Shown: in pieces, positions 12,375 through 23,984 of the stretch
How the letters are laid out: every line of letters begins with the position of its first letter
Numbering within the stretch: position 1 is the first letter of the stretch
Assembly: GCF_009914755.1 (NCBI RefSeq)
Contig: NC_060940.1
DNA length: 64,000 nucleotides
DNA from: the human T2T-CHM13v2.0 reference genome, Homo sapiens
Direction: 5' to 3' (one strand)
The notes under the pieces: generated by a model
What the model was told of the DNA's origin: nothing
Seen by the model: the letters and a program-made list of their open reading frames with translations, nothing else
Database searches by the model: none
Made by a program: the position numbers and the translations under genes

Positions 12375-12787
12375 CATACAATAAAATGCATCTTTTTTGG
12401 GGTGTACAGATCTATGAATATTGACAGATATATTCACGTAGATGTGCACTGCCACCTCATTCAATATATAGAACACTTCCATTACTCCAAAAGGCTTCCT
12501 TATGCTCTACTCATCTGACACTAAAGATTCCTGACAATTCCTGACACTAAGGATTAGATTTGCTGTTTCTCGAGTTTTCTTTAAGTACAATCATACAGTA
12601 CGTATTCTTAAGTAATTCCGTGTCTGGCTTCTTTCTCTCAGCGTAATGTTTCTGAGATTCATCTAAATCATGTGTACAATAGTTCCGCATTTTGTGCACT
12701 TTGCTTTTCACTGTTTCAATTACCTGTAGTCAACCATGGTTTAAAAATACTAAATAAAAAATTTCAGAAATAAACAATTCATAAGTT

Positions 12788-12922
12788 ATTATTATTATAT
12801 TATTTATCTATAGAGACAGGATCTCACCATGTCACCCAGGCTGGTCTTGAACTCCTGGGCTCAGGTGATTCTCATGCCCCACCCTCCCAATGTGCTGGAA
12901 TTATAGGCATGAACCACCAGCC
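12788..12922 (-). mobile_element. FLAM / Alu left monomer
   Basis: Monomer with 15-bp TSD aacaattcataagtt at 12773-12787 and 12923-12937. Confidence 0.88.
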
Positions 12923-13008
12923 AACAATTCATAAGTTGTAAATTGCTCTCTATTCTGAGTAGCATGATGAAATATTGGACTATCTTGGCCCATTCTGCCC
13001 AGGATGTA

Positions 13009-13088
13009 TCAGGCTGATGCAAAAATAATAGTGGTTTTTGCCACTAAAAGTAATGGCAAAAACCACAATTACTTTTGCACCAACTTAA
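13009..13088. mobile_element. MADE1 (Hsmar1-derived 80-bp palindromic MITE)
   Basis: 80 bp 'tcaggctgatgcaaaaataatagtggtttttgcca...tggcaaaaaccacaattacttttgcaccaacttaa', flanked by TA at 13007-8 and 13089-90. Confidence 0.92.
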
Positions 13089-13110
13089 TAGATTACGCTT
13101 TTGTCTAGTG

Positions 13111-13446
13111 CAGCAGTCCCCAACCTTTTTGGCACCAGGGACTGGTTTCATGGCAGACAATTTTTCCACGGACAGTGTAGGGGGTTGCTTTGGCAATGAA
13201 ACTGTTCCACCTTAGATCATCAGGCATTAGATTTTCATAAGGTGCACACAACCTGGATCCCTTGCATACTCAGTTTACAACAGGGTTTGCGCTCCTATGA
13301 GAATCTAATGCTGCCGCTGATCTGACAGGAGGCGAAGCTCACGTGGTAATGTTCGCTAGCCCTCTGCTCATCTCCTGCTGTAAGGACTTGCTCCTAACAG
13401 GCTCCAGACGGGTGCTGGTCTGTGGCTCCGGGGCTGGGGACCCCTG
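13111..13446 (+). mobile_element. MER1B (hAT/Charlie MITE)
   Basis: TIRs 'cagcagtccccaacc' and 'ggctggggacccctg'. 8-bp hAT TSD gtctagtg (13103-10) / gtccagtg (13447-54). Confidence 0.92.
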
Positions 13447-14364
13447 GTCCAGTGTACAGTACATAAGATATTTTGTGATACATATATATATATATGTATA
13501 TCACATTCACATAACTTTTATTACAGTGTATTGTTAAAGTTGTTCAATTTTATTATTACTGTTGTTAATGTCTTACTGAGGCTAATTTGTGAATTAAACT
13601 TTATCATAGGTATGCAAGTATAGAAAAAACCATAGGCTACATAGGGCAGCACTATCTGTGCTTTCAGCCATCCACTGGAGGTCTTGGAACTTATCCTCTA
13701 AGGATAAGAGGGGACTACTGTGTATAATTTGTTTTTGCTGATGAGTTTCCATTGTCTAGATATACCACAATTTGTTTATTAATTTATCTGTTGCTGAACA
13801 TTTGAGTTGTTTTCAGTTTTGGGCTAATATAGGTAAAGATGCCATGAATGTTTCCTGTTCACAATCTTATGTGGACATATACTTTGATTTCTCTTAAGTA
13901 TACATCTAAGAGTGGAATTGCTAGTACATAGTAGAATAAGTAAAGAAAATGCCAAACTCTTTTACAAAGTGATTTTAAATTTCACAGTCCTATTAGCAAT
14001 GTATGAGGGCTCTACTTGCTCCATATCCTTACCAATACTTGATATTGTTAGTCTTTTTAGTATTAATCATTCTGCTGCATGTGTTATGGTATCTTCTCAT
14101 TTGATTTTAACTTGTATTTTCCTGATGACTAATGATGTTGTGTATTTTTCATGTACTTAATGGCAATTTATACAAATCTTTTTTGGTAAAGGGTTTACAT
14201 TTTTTGTTCATTTTTAATTTTTTTGTCTCTTATTATTGAGTTGTAAGAGTTTTTACTACAGCTAGACACAACCCCTTTTCAAGTATAGGTATTGTGAATG
14301 TTTTCCATCACTCTGTGGCTTTCTCTTTCATTTTGTTACTGATATCATTAGAAAAGTGAGAGTT

Positions 14365-14515
14365 GGCTGGGCATGGTGGCTCACATAGTGGCATGTGCCT
14401 GTAGTCTCAACTACTCAAAAGGCTGAGGTGGGAGGATTGCTTGAGCCCAGGAGTTTGAGCTATGATTGTGTCACTGCACTGCACTCTACCCTGGGTGAGA
14501 GAGTGAAACTGTGTC
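14365..14515 (+). mobile_element. Internally deleted AluJ / FRAM-like fragment
   Basis: 'ggctgggcatggtggctcaca' is joined directly to right-arm 'gtggcatgtgcctgtagtc...ggaggattgcttgagcccaggag'. Confidence 0.8.
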
Positions 14516-15069
14516 CTCTTCAACCACCCCATGCCCCCAAAAAAGCAGGAGTGTTTTTTGATGAAGTCTTGAAGCCCAATTTATCAAAAATTTTTAAATG
14601 GTTTATGTCCTGTCTAAAAGATTTTTGCCTACTTCAAAATCTTCAATATTTTCTTTGATAAACTTTATAGTGCTAACTTTTACATATAGGTCTATAATCA
14701 ATTTCAAGTTAATTTTTTTGTGAATCGTGTGAGGTAAGGATCAACACTCATTTCTGACCCCTATATGATATGCAGTTGTTCCAGCACCACTTATTGAAAA
14801 GAAATTACCTTGGCACCTTTGTTAAAAGTCAGTTGACATGTGTGAGAGTGTACATCTGAACTTTCTGTTTCATCTTTTTAACCTTTATGATTCTCCTGAT
14901 GCCATTGTGATACCACATTGATTACTGTAGCTCCACAGTAAATCTGAGTCCTGAAACCTTTCAATTGTATCCTTTAAAAATTTGTTTTGGTTATTTTATG
15001 TCTTTCCCATTTACATGTAAATTCTGGAATATTACACATAGTTATAGTTCATATTTTTAATTTCCTTAA

Positions 15070-16110
15070 AAAGTTACTCGTTATAATATGGCCCAGCAAT
15101 TCCACTCTTACGTGAAATTTCTCTATAAAAAGTTGTCTGGACCCTTTTCTTACAAAAATTATACAAAAATTCACTCAAAATGAATCGAAGACCTAAGTGT
15201 AAGAACCAAAACTCTAAAAACGCTTGAAAAAAACATAAGATAAAAGCTTCATGATGTTAAATTTGGTAATGATTTCTCAGATATGACCCTAAATGCAGAG
15301 GTACCACCACCAACTAATATATAGACAAGTGGCACCACATCAAAACTTCTGTGCATTGAAGGATACAGTCAACAAAGTGAAAAGGCAACCTACAAACAGG
15401 AGAACATATTTGCAAATCATATATCTGATATCCAGAATGTAAAAAAAAACTTGTACAGCCCAACAGAAAACCAAATGACCCAATTAAAACATGGGCAAAA
15501 TACCTGAATGATATCTCTCCAAAGATGATATACAAATGGCTAATAAGCATATGAAAATATATTCAATATCACTAAACATCAGAGAAATATAAATCTAAAT
15601 CACGATGTGATATTACCTCACACCCATTAGGATAGCTGTTATTTTAAAAAACAGAAATAACAAGCCTTGGAGGGGATGTGGAGAAATGGGAACTTTTGTG
15701 CACCGTTGGTGGTAGTGTAAAATGGTACAACTGCTATTGAAAACAGTATGATGGTTTCTCAAAAAATTAAAAATAGGACCACCATGACCCACTAAATCCC
15801 ACTTCTGGGGATATTTCCAAAAGAATTGAAAGCATGTCTTGAATAAATATTTGCATATCCATGGTCACAGCAGTAGTATTCACAATAGCATAGAGGTGGA
15901 AGCAAACCAAATATCCATTAATGGATGAATGAATAAAGCAAATGTGGTATATACATACAATGCAATATTATTCAGCCTTAAAAAGGAATAGAGTTCTGAC
16001 ATGTGCTGCAACATGGATAACCCTTGAGGATATTATGCCAAGTGAAATAAGCCAGTCATAAAAAGACAAATAATGTATTGTTCCACTTAAATGAGTAATC
16101 TAAAATAGTT
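15070..16110 (+). mobile_element. L1MB-like LINE-1, ORF2 C-terminus to 3'UTR
   Basis: Sense L1 motifs 'atacaaaaattcactcaaaatg', 'tacctcacacccattaggatagct', 'aatgtggtatatacatacaatgcaatattattcagcc'. Confidence 0.85.
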
Positions 16111-16384
16111 ATTTTTTTGAGAAATTGCCATACTATTTTTACAGAGTAGCTGTACCATTTTACATTCCCGCCAGTAATACAGAAGCATTCTGATTTTTTC
16201 ACATCCTCACCAACACTTATTATTTTTAATAACAGTCATCCCAATAGATGTGAAGCAGTATGTCATTATGATTTTGATTTGCATTTCCCTAATGATTAGT
16301 GATGTTGAACATCTTTTCATGTGCTCATTGGTCATTTGTGTATTTCCTTTGGAGAAATATCTGCTGAAGTTCTTTGCACTACTC

Positions 16385-17177
16385 CCCCTTTTATTTGCGG
16401 GAGATTGGAATTTTATTAATACTCAAATCAGTCTCCCTGAGCATTTGGGGAGCAGAGTTTTTAGGGATAACTTTGTGGGTGAGGGGAGGCCAGTGAGCCG
16501 GGAGTGCCGATTGGTTGGGGATGAAATCATAGGGAGTTGAAGCTGTCTTCTTGTGCTGAGTCAGTTCCTGGGTAGGGGCCACAAGATCAGATGAATGAGT
16601 TTATTGATCTGGGTGGTGTCAACTGATCCATTAAGTGCAGGGTCTGCAAAATATCTCAAGCACTGATGTTAGGAGCAGTTTAGGGAGGGTCAGAATCTTA
16701 TAGCCCCCAGCTGCATGACTCCTAGACCATAATTTCTAATCTTATGGCTAATGTTAGTCCTACAAAGGCAATGAAGGCTCCAGGCAAGAAGGAGGTCTGC
16801 TTTGGGAAAGGGCTGTTACCATCTTGTTTAAACCATAAACTATAAACTAAGTTTCTCCCAAAGTTACTTCAGCCCACGCCTAAGAATGAATGAGAACAGC
16901 TTGGAGGTTAGAAGCAAGATGGAGTCAGTTACGTTAGATCTCTTTCACTGTCTCAGTCAAAATTTTGCAAAGGCAGTTTCAATCCCTCCTTTTGGAGGGA
17001 TTTAATCTTAAGGTGTAGGCTATGAAGATGGGAAAAGGCCGTTGATCTCTCTGGCTTCTTCCTGCTGAGAGGGGACACAGTGGGAATGGGAGTGAACCCC
17101 ATGGTGAGAAGAGTGGAACCGCTTTGCAATTGTCTGAGCGTACTCATGCAGGCCTGGTTGAGCTTCCAAGGCTTGCA
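16385..17177 (-). mobile_element. LTR8 (ERV1/MER4 group) U3-R plus ~195 bp of upstream internal sequence; U5 missing
   Basis: On the minus strand the LTR starts TGAAACTGCCTTTGCAAAATTTTGACTGAGACAGTGAAAGAGATCTAAC at 16981, preceded by PPT 'aaaaggagggat'. LTR similarity stops ~16 nt after AATAAA (16417-16412). Confidence 0.85.
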
Positions 17178-17251
17178 TCTTTGCCTGCTTTTTAATCGAG
17201 TTCTTTTTTTGGGGGTTGTGGAGTTATAGGTGTTTGTTTTGTGTTCTTTTA

Positions 17252-17799
17252 TGATATAGTCAGTACGGTGGGGCCACAAGAGGAGACAAGAGAGGCTCAG
17301 GATAAATCAAAAGTTATTATATTTACAACACCTAGATACAGGAGGATTGGCATAGTACACCATGCAGGGCCACATGGGAAAGACACCAGGGTGATCAGGA
17401 GGCAGAAGACAGGCCAAGGGAAAACCATTAGGCCAGAGCCTTTGTTGGGGTTCCCATGGGAAAGACAAAGGTGGGAAGGGTGAACAGTTTAGGATTGGCT
17501 AATTTAAACACTTTCAGTGGGCTTTGGGCTCTAGGAGTGGTCCTGGTTGTCTGACATCTGGCCCTGGGATGATTAAGTCAGAGGAATATTGCCTCTTGGG
17601 ATATACAAGCCTGACAGGGAGGCATGGCTCTAGAATGGTTAGTTTGTGTGTCAAAGGCATCCTGGAACCATTGCTATCTTGAAGAATTGACTAGCTAGAA
17701 AATCTTTCTCCAGCTAGAAAGGTGTTTTTTAAAGATGTCAAAACATCATAATATATAGAAAATTAAAAAATATATACATATATATACATATACAATACA
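17252..17799 (-). mobile_element. ERVL-class solo LTR (MER74/MER76-like)
   Basis: Minus strand starts 'tgtattgtata...ttttctatatattatgatgttttgacatcttt'. TG...CA termini. Confidence 0.7.
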
Positions 17800-18195
17800 G
17801 GGTTATTTATATGTTCTAGACATTAACACCAGATAGATATATGATTTGCAAATGTTTTCTCTCATTTTATGGGTTGCTTTTTCACACTGTTGATAATGTC
17901 TTTTATGCACAAAAGTTTTTACTTTTGATGAGGTCTAATTTATCTATTTTTTCTTTTGTGGCCTGTGCTTTGGTCTCATATCCAAGAAATTATTGGCAAA
18001 TCCAGTCAAAAAGCTTTCTCCTTGTGTTTTCTTCTGGTTTTCTAGTTTTAAGGTTTATATTTAGGTCTTCGATCCATTTTAAGTTAATTTTTGCATATGG
18101 TTTTAGGTAAGGGTCCAACCTAATTCCTTTTCATGTGGATGTCCAGTTTTTCCAGTACCATTTGTTGAAAAGACTGTCCTTTCTCCATTGTGTGG

Positions 18196-18550
18196 TGATA
18201 TGGCTTGGCTGTGTCCCCCCACCCAAATCTCATCTTGTAGTTCCTATAATCCCCACCCGGTGGGAGGTAATTGAATCATGAGGGTGGTTACCCCTATGTT
18301 GTTCTGCTGATAGTGAGTCGGTTCTCAGGAGATCTGATGGTTTTATAAGGAGCTTCCCCCGCTTCACTCTGCACTTCTCGCTTCTGCTGCCATGTGAAGA
18401 AGGACATGTTTGCTTCCCCTTCCCACCTGATTGTAAGTTTCCTGAGGCCTCCCAAGTCCTGTGGAATTGTAAGCCAGTTAAACCTCTTTCCTTGATAAAT
18501 TACTCAGTCTCAAGTATTTCTTCATAGCAGTGTGAGAATGGACTAATACT
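18196..18550 (+). mobile_element. THE1 (THE1C/D) MaLR solo LTR
   Basis: 'tgatatggcttggctgtgtcccccacccaaatctcatcttg...gaatggactaatac' with 5-bp TSD tgtgg/tctgg. Confidence 0.92.
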
Positions 18551-19169
18551 TCTGGTCCTGGAACGCTTGTAGAAAATCATTTAACCATATATGGGAGGGT
18601 TTATTTCTGGGATCTCTATTCTATTTCATTGGTCTATATGTCTACCTTTCTGCCAGTAAGATACTTTTTTGGTCATTGTAGCTTTGTAATATGTTTTGAA
18701 GCCAGGACGTATGAGGCCTTTTCTTTTTCAAGATTGTTTGGCCATTTGGGGATCCTTTAAGATTTTATGTCAAGTTTTTTTTATATTTATGAAAAAATGT
18801 CATTGGGATTTTGATAGGGATTGCATTGAATCTGAGGATAGCTTTGGTCAGTCTAGACATTTTAACAATATTAAATCTTCCAATCATAAATATGGACTTC
18901 ATTTCTATTTATTTGTATCTTCTTTAGTTTCTTTTAGTAATATTTTGTAGTTTTTGGTGTACAAGTCTTTGGCCTCCTTGGTTAAATTTATTTCTAAGTA
19001 TTTTATTATTTTTGATGCTGTTGTAAATGGGATTACTTTCTTAATTTCCTTTTCTGATTGTTCATTGTTAATATGTAGAAATGCAACTAATTTTCGTGTG
19101 TTGATTTTGTATCCTGCAACATTGCTGAATTAGTTTGTTAGTTTAGTTTATTAGTTTTAACAGTTTAAA

Positions 19170-19256
19170 TTTTTTAAACAATGTATTCTATTTAACCCTC
19201 TGTATTAAAAATATTTCAATGTGTACTCAAATAAAAATTATTAGTGATTTTTACTT
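19170..19256. mobile_element. MER33-like hAT fragment
   Basis: 'tattctatttaaccctctgtattaaaaatatttcaatgtgtactcaaataaaaattattagtgatttttac' resembles MER33 internal sequence. Confidence 0.5.
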
Positions 19257-20049
19257 TTGATTTTAGCAATTAGAATCTTCTCTATTTTTTTCTTAGTCAA
19301 TCTAGATAAAGGTGTGTCAATTTTATTGATTTTTTTAAGAATCAACTTTTGGTTTTATTGATTTTCTCTATTGTTTTTCTATTCTCTATTTTTACTTATC
19401 TTCACTCTAATCTTTATTATTTCCTTCCTTCTGCTAGCTTTGGGTTTAGTTTGTTCTTTTTTTTTTTCTAGTTCCTTAAGGTTTAAAATCAGATTGTTGG
19501 TTTTAGATATTTCCTTTTTAACATTAGCATTTATAGCTATAAATTTCACCCTTAGCACTGCTTTTGCTACATTTCATAAGTTTTGGTATATTGTGTTTTC
19601 ATTTTCTGTTGTATCAAGATATTTTCTCTTTTTTTGTGTCAAGATATTTTAAAATTTCCCTTCTGGTTTTCTCTGTAGCTCATTTATTCTTTAAGAGTGT
19701 GTTAATTTCCACATATTTATGAATTTTCCAATTTTTCTTTTGCTATTGATTTGTTTCACTCCATTGTGATCAGAAATGATACTTGGTATGAGTTAAATCT
19801 TTTAAAAATTTATTAAGACTTTTTTTTTTGCCTAACATGTGGTTTGCCCTGGACAATGTTCCATGTACACTTGAGAAAAATGTATATTCTGCTATTGTTG
19901 ATGGAGTGTTCTGTATATGTCTGTTAGGTCCAATTGGTTTGTAGTGTTGCTCATGTCCTTTATTTGCTTATTGATCTGTTGGTTCTATCCATTTTTGATA
20001 TAGTATCTCATATATATATATATGCACACACACACCCCGCCCCATAACA

Positions 20050-20155
20050 CATCAGATGGGGTAATGTGCCAATGTTGTAACAAAGTTTTAGAGAGGCACA
20101 TCTCATACATGAGTGTGAAAACCCAATCACCATACTTATGAGCTACAAAATGTAT
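20050..20155 (-). pseudogene. SNORD13P: U13 (SNORD13) box C/D snoRNA retro-pseudogene
   Basis: Reverse complement reads ...TTTTGTAGCTCATAAGTATGGTGATTGGGTTTTCACACTCATGTATGAGATGTGCCTCTC...TTGTTACAACATTGGCACATTACCCCATCTGA, colinear with U13 over its full length. Box D CTGA is kept. The C-box region reads TGGTGA instead of TGATGA. Confidence 0.92.
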
Positions 20156-20592
20156 AAACACTCCATCAACGACAGCAGAATATACATTTTAATGATAAGT
20201 TTTGATTCTTTTTGGTGTATATTCTGTAACTATTTTCTTCATTGTTATCAGGAGGATTACGTAAAATATTCTAAATATAAAACAATATATTTTGGATCGA
20301 TACCAACATAATCTTGATTGCATACAAAAACTAATCTTTACAGCTCGGCCCCACATTTTATTGTCATTTATGTTATAAACTACCCCTTTATATATTGTGT
20401 GCCCATCAAAATAGATTTATAATTATTTTTATGCATTTGTATCTTCAATACTGTGGCAAATATGAAGTTCCTGATTCTTAGGTAGATTCTTAAATTATTG
20501 ATTTTAAACTACAACTTTTCTTCTAAGTACTATTTTAGCCGTATTTCCCAAATATTCATATGTTTGGGTTTCATTTTCATTAAGCTTTAAAG

Positions 20593-20781
20593 TTTTTTAT
20601 TTTGTTTTATTTTGTTTTTTAGAGATGAGGTCTTGGCTGTGTTGCCCAGGCTGGAGTGCAGTGGCTCTCCACAAGCACAATCATAGTGTACTGCCAGCCT
20701 CTAACTCCTGACCTCAAGCAATTCTTCCACATTGGCCTCCCAAGTAACTGGGAATATAGATACATGCCACTGTGCCCAGCT
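20593..20781 (-). mobile_element. FRAM / AluJ right monomer
   Basis: Monomer with TSD tcattttcattaag on both sides. Confidence 0.85.
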
Positions 20782-21306
20782 CTCATTTTCATTAAGTTTA
20801 AGATATTTACTTGTTAATATTGCAATTTATTTCTTTACTCATTTATTATTTAGAAATATATTTTTAAATTTTTAAATATTTAAATATATAAAATTTTAAA
20901 TATTTAAAAATATTTCCAGATATTTTATTGTTATTGATTTCTAATTTAATTCCACTGCAGTCAGAGAACATAATCTGCAAAATTTCAGTTTTTAACATTT
21001 ATTGGAACTTTTTTTATGACCTAGCATATATTCTGTCTTGTTGAAATTTCCATATGCCCTGAAAGGGAATGTGTATTCCAGTTATTCAGTGGAGCAGTCT
21101 ATAAATGTCAATTATGTTCAGTTGATTGACTGTGTTAAGTGTTTTGTAGCCTCACTGATTTACTGTCTACTTATTCTTTTCTTTCAGTTATTGAGACAAG
21201 AGTGTTGAAATATCCAGCTATAATTATGAATTATTTTATTTGTTTTTTAAATTATATTAGTAGTTTGCTTTGTTTTATATTAACATACCAATTCCAGCTT
21301 TATTAC

Positions 21307-21604
21307 TTTTTTTTTTTTTGACACAGGGTCTCACTCTGTCACCTAGGCTGGAGTACAGTAGTGCAAACATAGTTCACTGTGCTTTGACCTCCTGGGCTTA
21401 AGTAATTTTCCCACCTCAGCCTCCTGAGTAGCTGGGATGACAGGCACACATCAGTGTGCCTGGCTAATTTTTTTTATTTTTTTTATAGCGATGAGGTCTC
21501 ACCATGTTGCTTAGGCTGGCCTCAACCTCCTAGGTTTAAGCAATCCTCCCCCACTTGGCCTCCCAAAGTGTTAGGATTTCAGGTGTGAGCCACCACACCT
21601 GGCC
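21307..21604 (-). mobile_element. Alu (AluJ)
   Basis: Dimeric Alu with TSD tccagcttta. Confidence 0.93.
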
Positions 21605-21948
21605 TCCAGCTTTAGTATCTTCAATGTTTGCATCATATATCTTTTTTCTATATTTTTATACTTATTTGTGTTTTAAAATTTAAAGTGAGTTTTTTGAATT
21701 CAGTATATAGTTGGGTCATGCTTTAAAAAATCTAGTTTGGTATCTGCCTTTTAATTAAAATATTTAGATCATTTACATTTAATATAATAAATGAAAAAGT
21801 TGGATTTAAGTCTGCCATCTTGATTTTTTTATTTAAATTTTTTTTCATTTTTCTTTTTATTTCTTAGATCTACCTAATTGTCTGACATTTGTTTTCTATT
21901 TCCTTCATCTGCTCTTTACTCTTTATCCATCTCCGTTTTTTTGGCCTT

Positions 21949-22359
21949 TGATATGATTTGGATGTTGTCCCCTCTAAATCTCATGTTGAATTTTAATCCC
22001 CAGTGTTGGAGGTTGGGCCTGGTGAGAGATGTTTCAGTCATGGGGGTGGACACCTCATGGTTTGGTGCTATCCTTACAATAGTGAGTGAGTTCTTACAAG
22101 ACATGGTTGCTTAAAAGTGTGTAACACCTCCCTCCACTCCAACTCTTTCTTGTTCCTGCTCTGGCCATGTGATATGCCTGCTCTTGCTTCACCTTTCACC
22201 GTAAGTAAAAGCTTCCTGAGGCCTCACCAGAAACTGAGCAGATGCCCAGCACCATGCTTCCTGTACAGCCTACAGAACTATGAGCCAATTAAATCTCTTT
22301 TCTTTATAAATTACCCAGTCTTAAGTGTTTCTTTATAGTAATGCAAGAATAGCCAAACA
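21949..22359 (+). mobile_element. MSTB-like MaLR solo LTR
   Basis: 'tgatatgatttggatgttgtcccctctaaatctcatgttgaa...gaatagccaaaca' with perfect 5-bp TSD gcctt. Confidence 0.9.
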
Positions 22360-22400
22360 GCCTTCTTTTGGAGTGTTTTTCTATTCCATTTTATCTGCTA

Positions 22401-22806
<406 letters not shown>

Positions 22807-23094
22807 TTATATCATTTAATGCACAATATAAGAGTCTTACAATAATATACTTCAATCTCTCCCTCTCATACTTTGTGCACATACTTTGTCTTATATGTTA
22901 CAAATCCCCAAATATATTGTTATAATTTTTGCTTCAGTCAGTTATCTGTAATAAAACTTACAAGTGAAAAGAAAGTCTTTTATATTTACCCAAATATTTA
23001 CACCATTTCTAGCACTTTTTATTCTTTTTTTAATATGCAAGCTTTTATTTCAATAATTTTCCACTGCTTGAAGCACTTCCTTTAATATATACAT

Positions 23095-23605
23095 TTTTTG
23101 ACTTTTAAAAATTTTGTTTTAAGTTCCAGGATACATGTGCAGGAGGTGCAGGTTTGTTACACAGGTAAACATGTGCCATGGCAGTTTGCTGCACCTATCA
23201 ACCCATCACCTAGGTATTAAGCCCCACATGCATTAGCTATTTATCCTGATGCTCTCTCTCACCTGACTCTCGACAGGCCCCAGTGTGTGTTGTTCCCCTC
23301 CCTGTGCCCATGTGTTCTCATTGTTCAGCTGCCACTTATAACTGAGAACATGTGGTGTGTGGTTTTCTGTTCCTGTGTTAGTTTCCTGAGGAGAATGGCT
23401 TCCAGTTCCATCCATGTCCCTGCAAAGGACATGATCACATTCCTTTTTATGGCTGCATAGTATTCTATGGTGTATATGTACCACATTTTCTTTATCCAGT
23501 CTATCATTGATGGGTGTTTGGGATGATTTCATGTTTTTGCTATTGTGAATAGTGCTGCAAGGAACATACATGTGCATATATCTTTATAATAGAATGATTT
23601 ATATA
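23095..23605 (-). mobile_element. L1PA (L1PA8-13-like) 3' end fragment
   Basis: 'gcacctatcaacccatcacctaggtattaagccccacatgcattagctatttatcctgatgc'. ORF2 C-terminus remnant in ORF 23325-23507. Confidence 0.9.
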
Positions 23606-23609
23606 TATA

Positions 23610-23984
23610 TCTTAAATTATACTTTAACTTCTAGGGTACATGTGCACAACATGCAGGTTTGTTACATAGGTATACATGTGCCATGTTGGTTTGCTGCACC
23701 CATCAACTCGTCATTTACCCTAGGCATTTCTCCGAATGCTATCCCGTCCCCAGCTCCCCACCCCCTGACAGGCCCCGGTGTGTGATATTCCCCACCCTGT
23801 GTCCATGTTTTCTCATTGTTCAATTCCCACCTATGAATGAGAACATGTGGTGTTTGGTTTTCTGTCCTTGTGATAGTTTGCTGAGAATGGTGGTTTCCAG
23901 CTTCATCCATGTCCCTGCAAAAGACATGAACTCATCCTTTTTTATGGATGCATAGTATTCCATGGTGTATATGTGCCACATTTT
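23610..23984 (-). mobile_element. L1PA7-like 3' end fragment
   Basis: 'ttatactttaacttctagggtacatgtgcacaac...gtttgctgcacccatcaactcgtcattt' running to 'atgtgccacatttt'. Confidence 0.9.

Larger units (their letters stand above)
12678..13720 (+). mobile_element. MER44 (Tigger7-derived) hosting an Alu monomer, MADE1 and MER1B
   Basis: 'agtcaaccatggtttaaaaatactaaataaaaaatttcagaaataaacaattcataagtt' and terminal 'gtcttggaacttatcctctaaggataagaggggactactg'. Confidence 0.85.
12375..15065 (-). mobile_element. Old LINE-1 (L1MC/L1ME-like) 3' part, interrupted by the MER44 nest and an Alu fragment
   Basis: 'caataaaatgcatc...gtgtacagatctatgaatattgacag...atagaacacttccattactccaaaagg' is an old L1 3' end. ORF2-type sequence continues at 13730-15060. 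Confidence 0.75.
16111..20000 (-). mobile_element. L1MB-like LINE-1 ORF2 region, interrupted by the LTR8 retrocopy, an ERVL LTR, THE1 and a MER33-like piece
   Basis: Colinear antisense L1 ORF2 segments at 16111-16380, 17178-17250, 17800-18195, 18551-19160 and 19260-20000. Confidence 0.85.

Noticed and set aside
20050-20155. Functional U13 snoRNA gene
   Set aside because: It has many substitutions including the C-box region, is embedded in an L1, and has no evident snRNA-type promoter.
20850-20915. AT-only quasi-palindrome
   Set aside because: It is short, imperfect and low-complexity within an old L1, so chance symmetry is expected.
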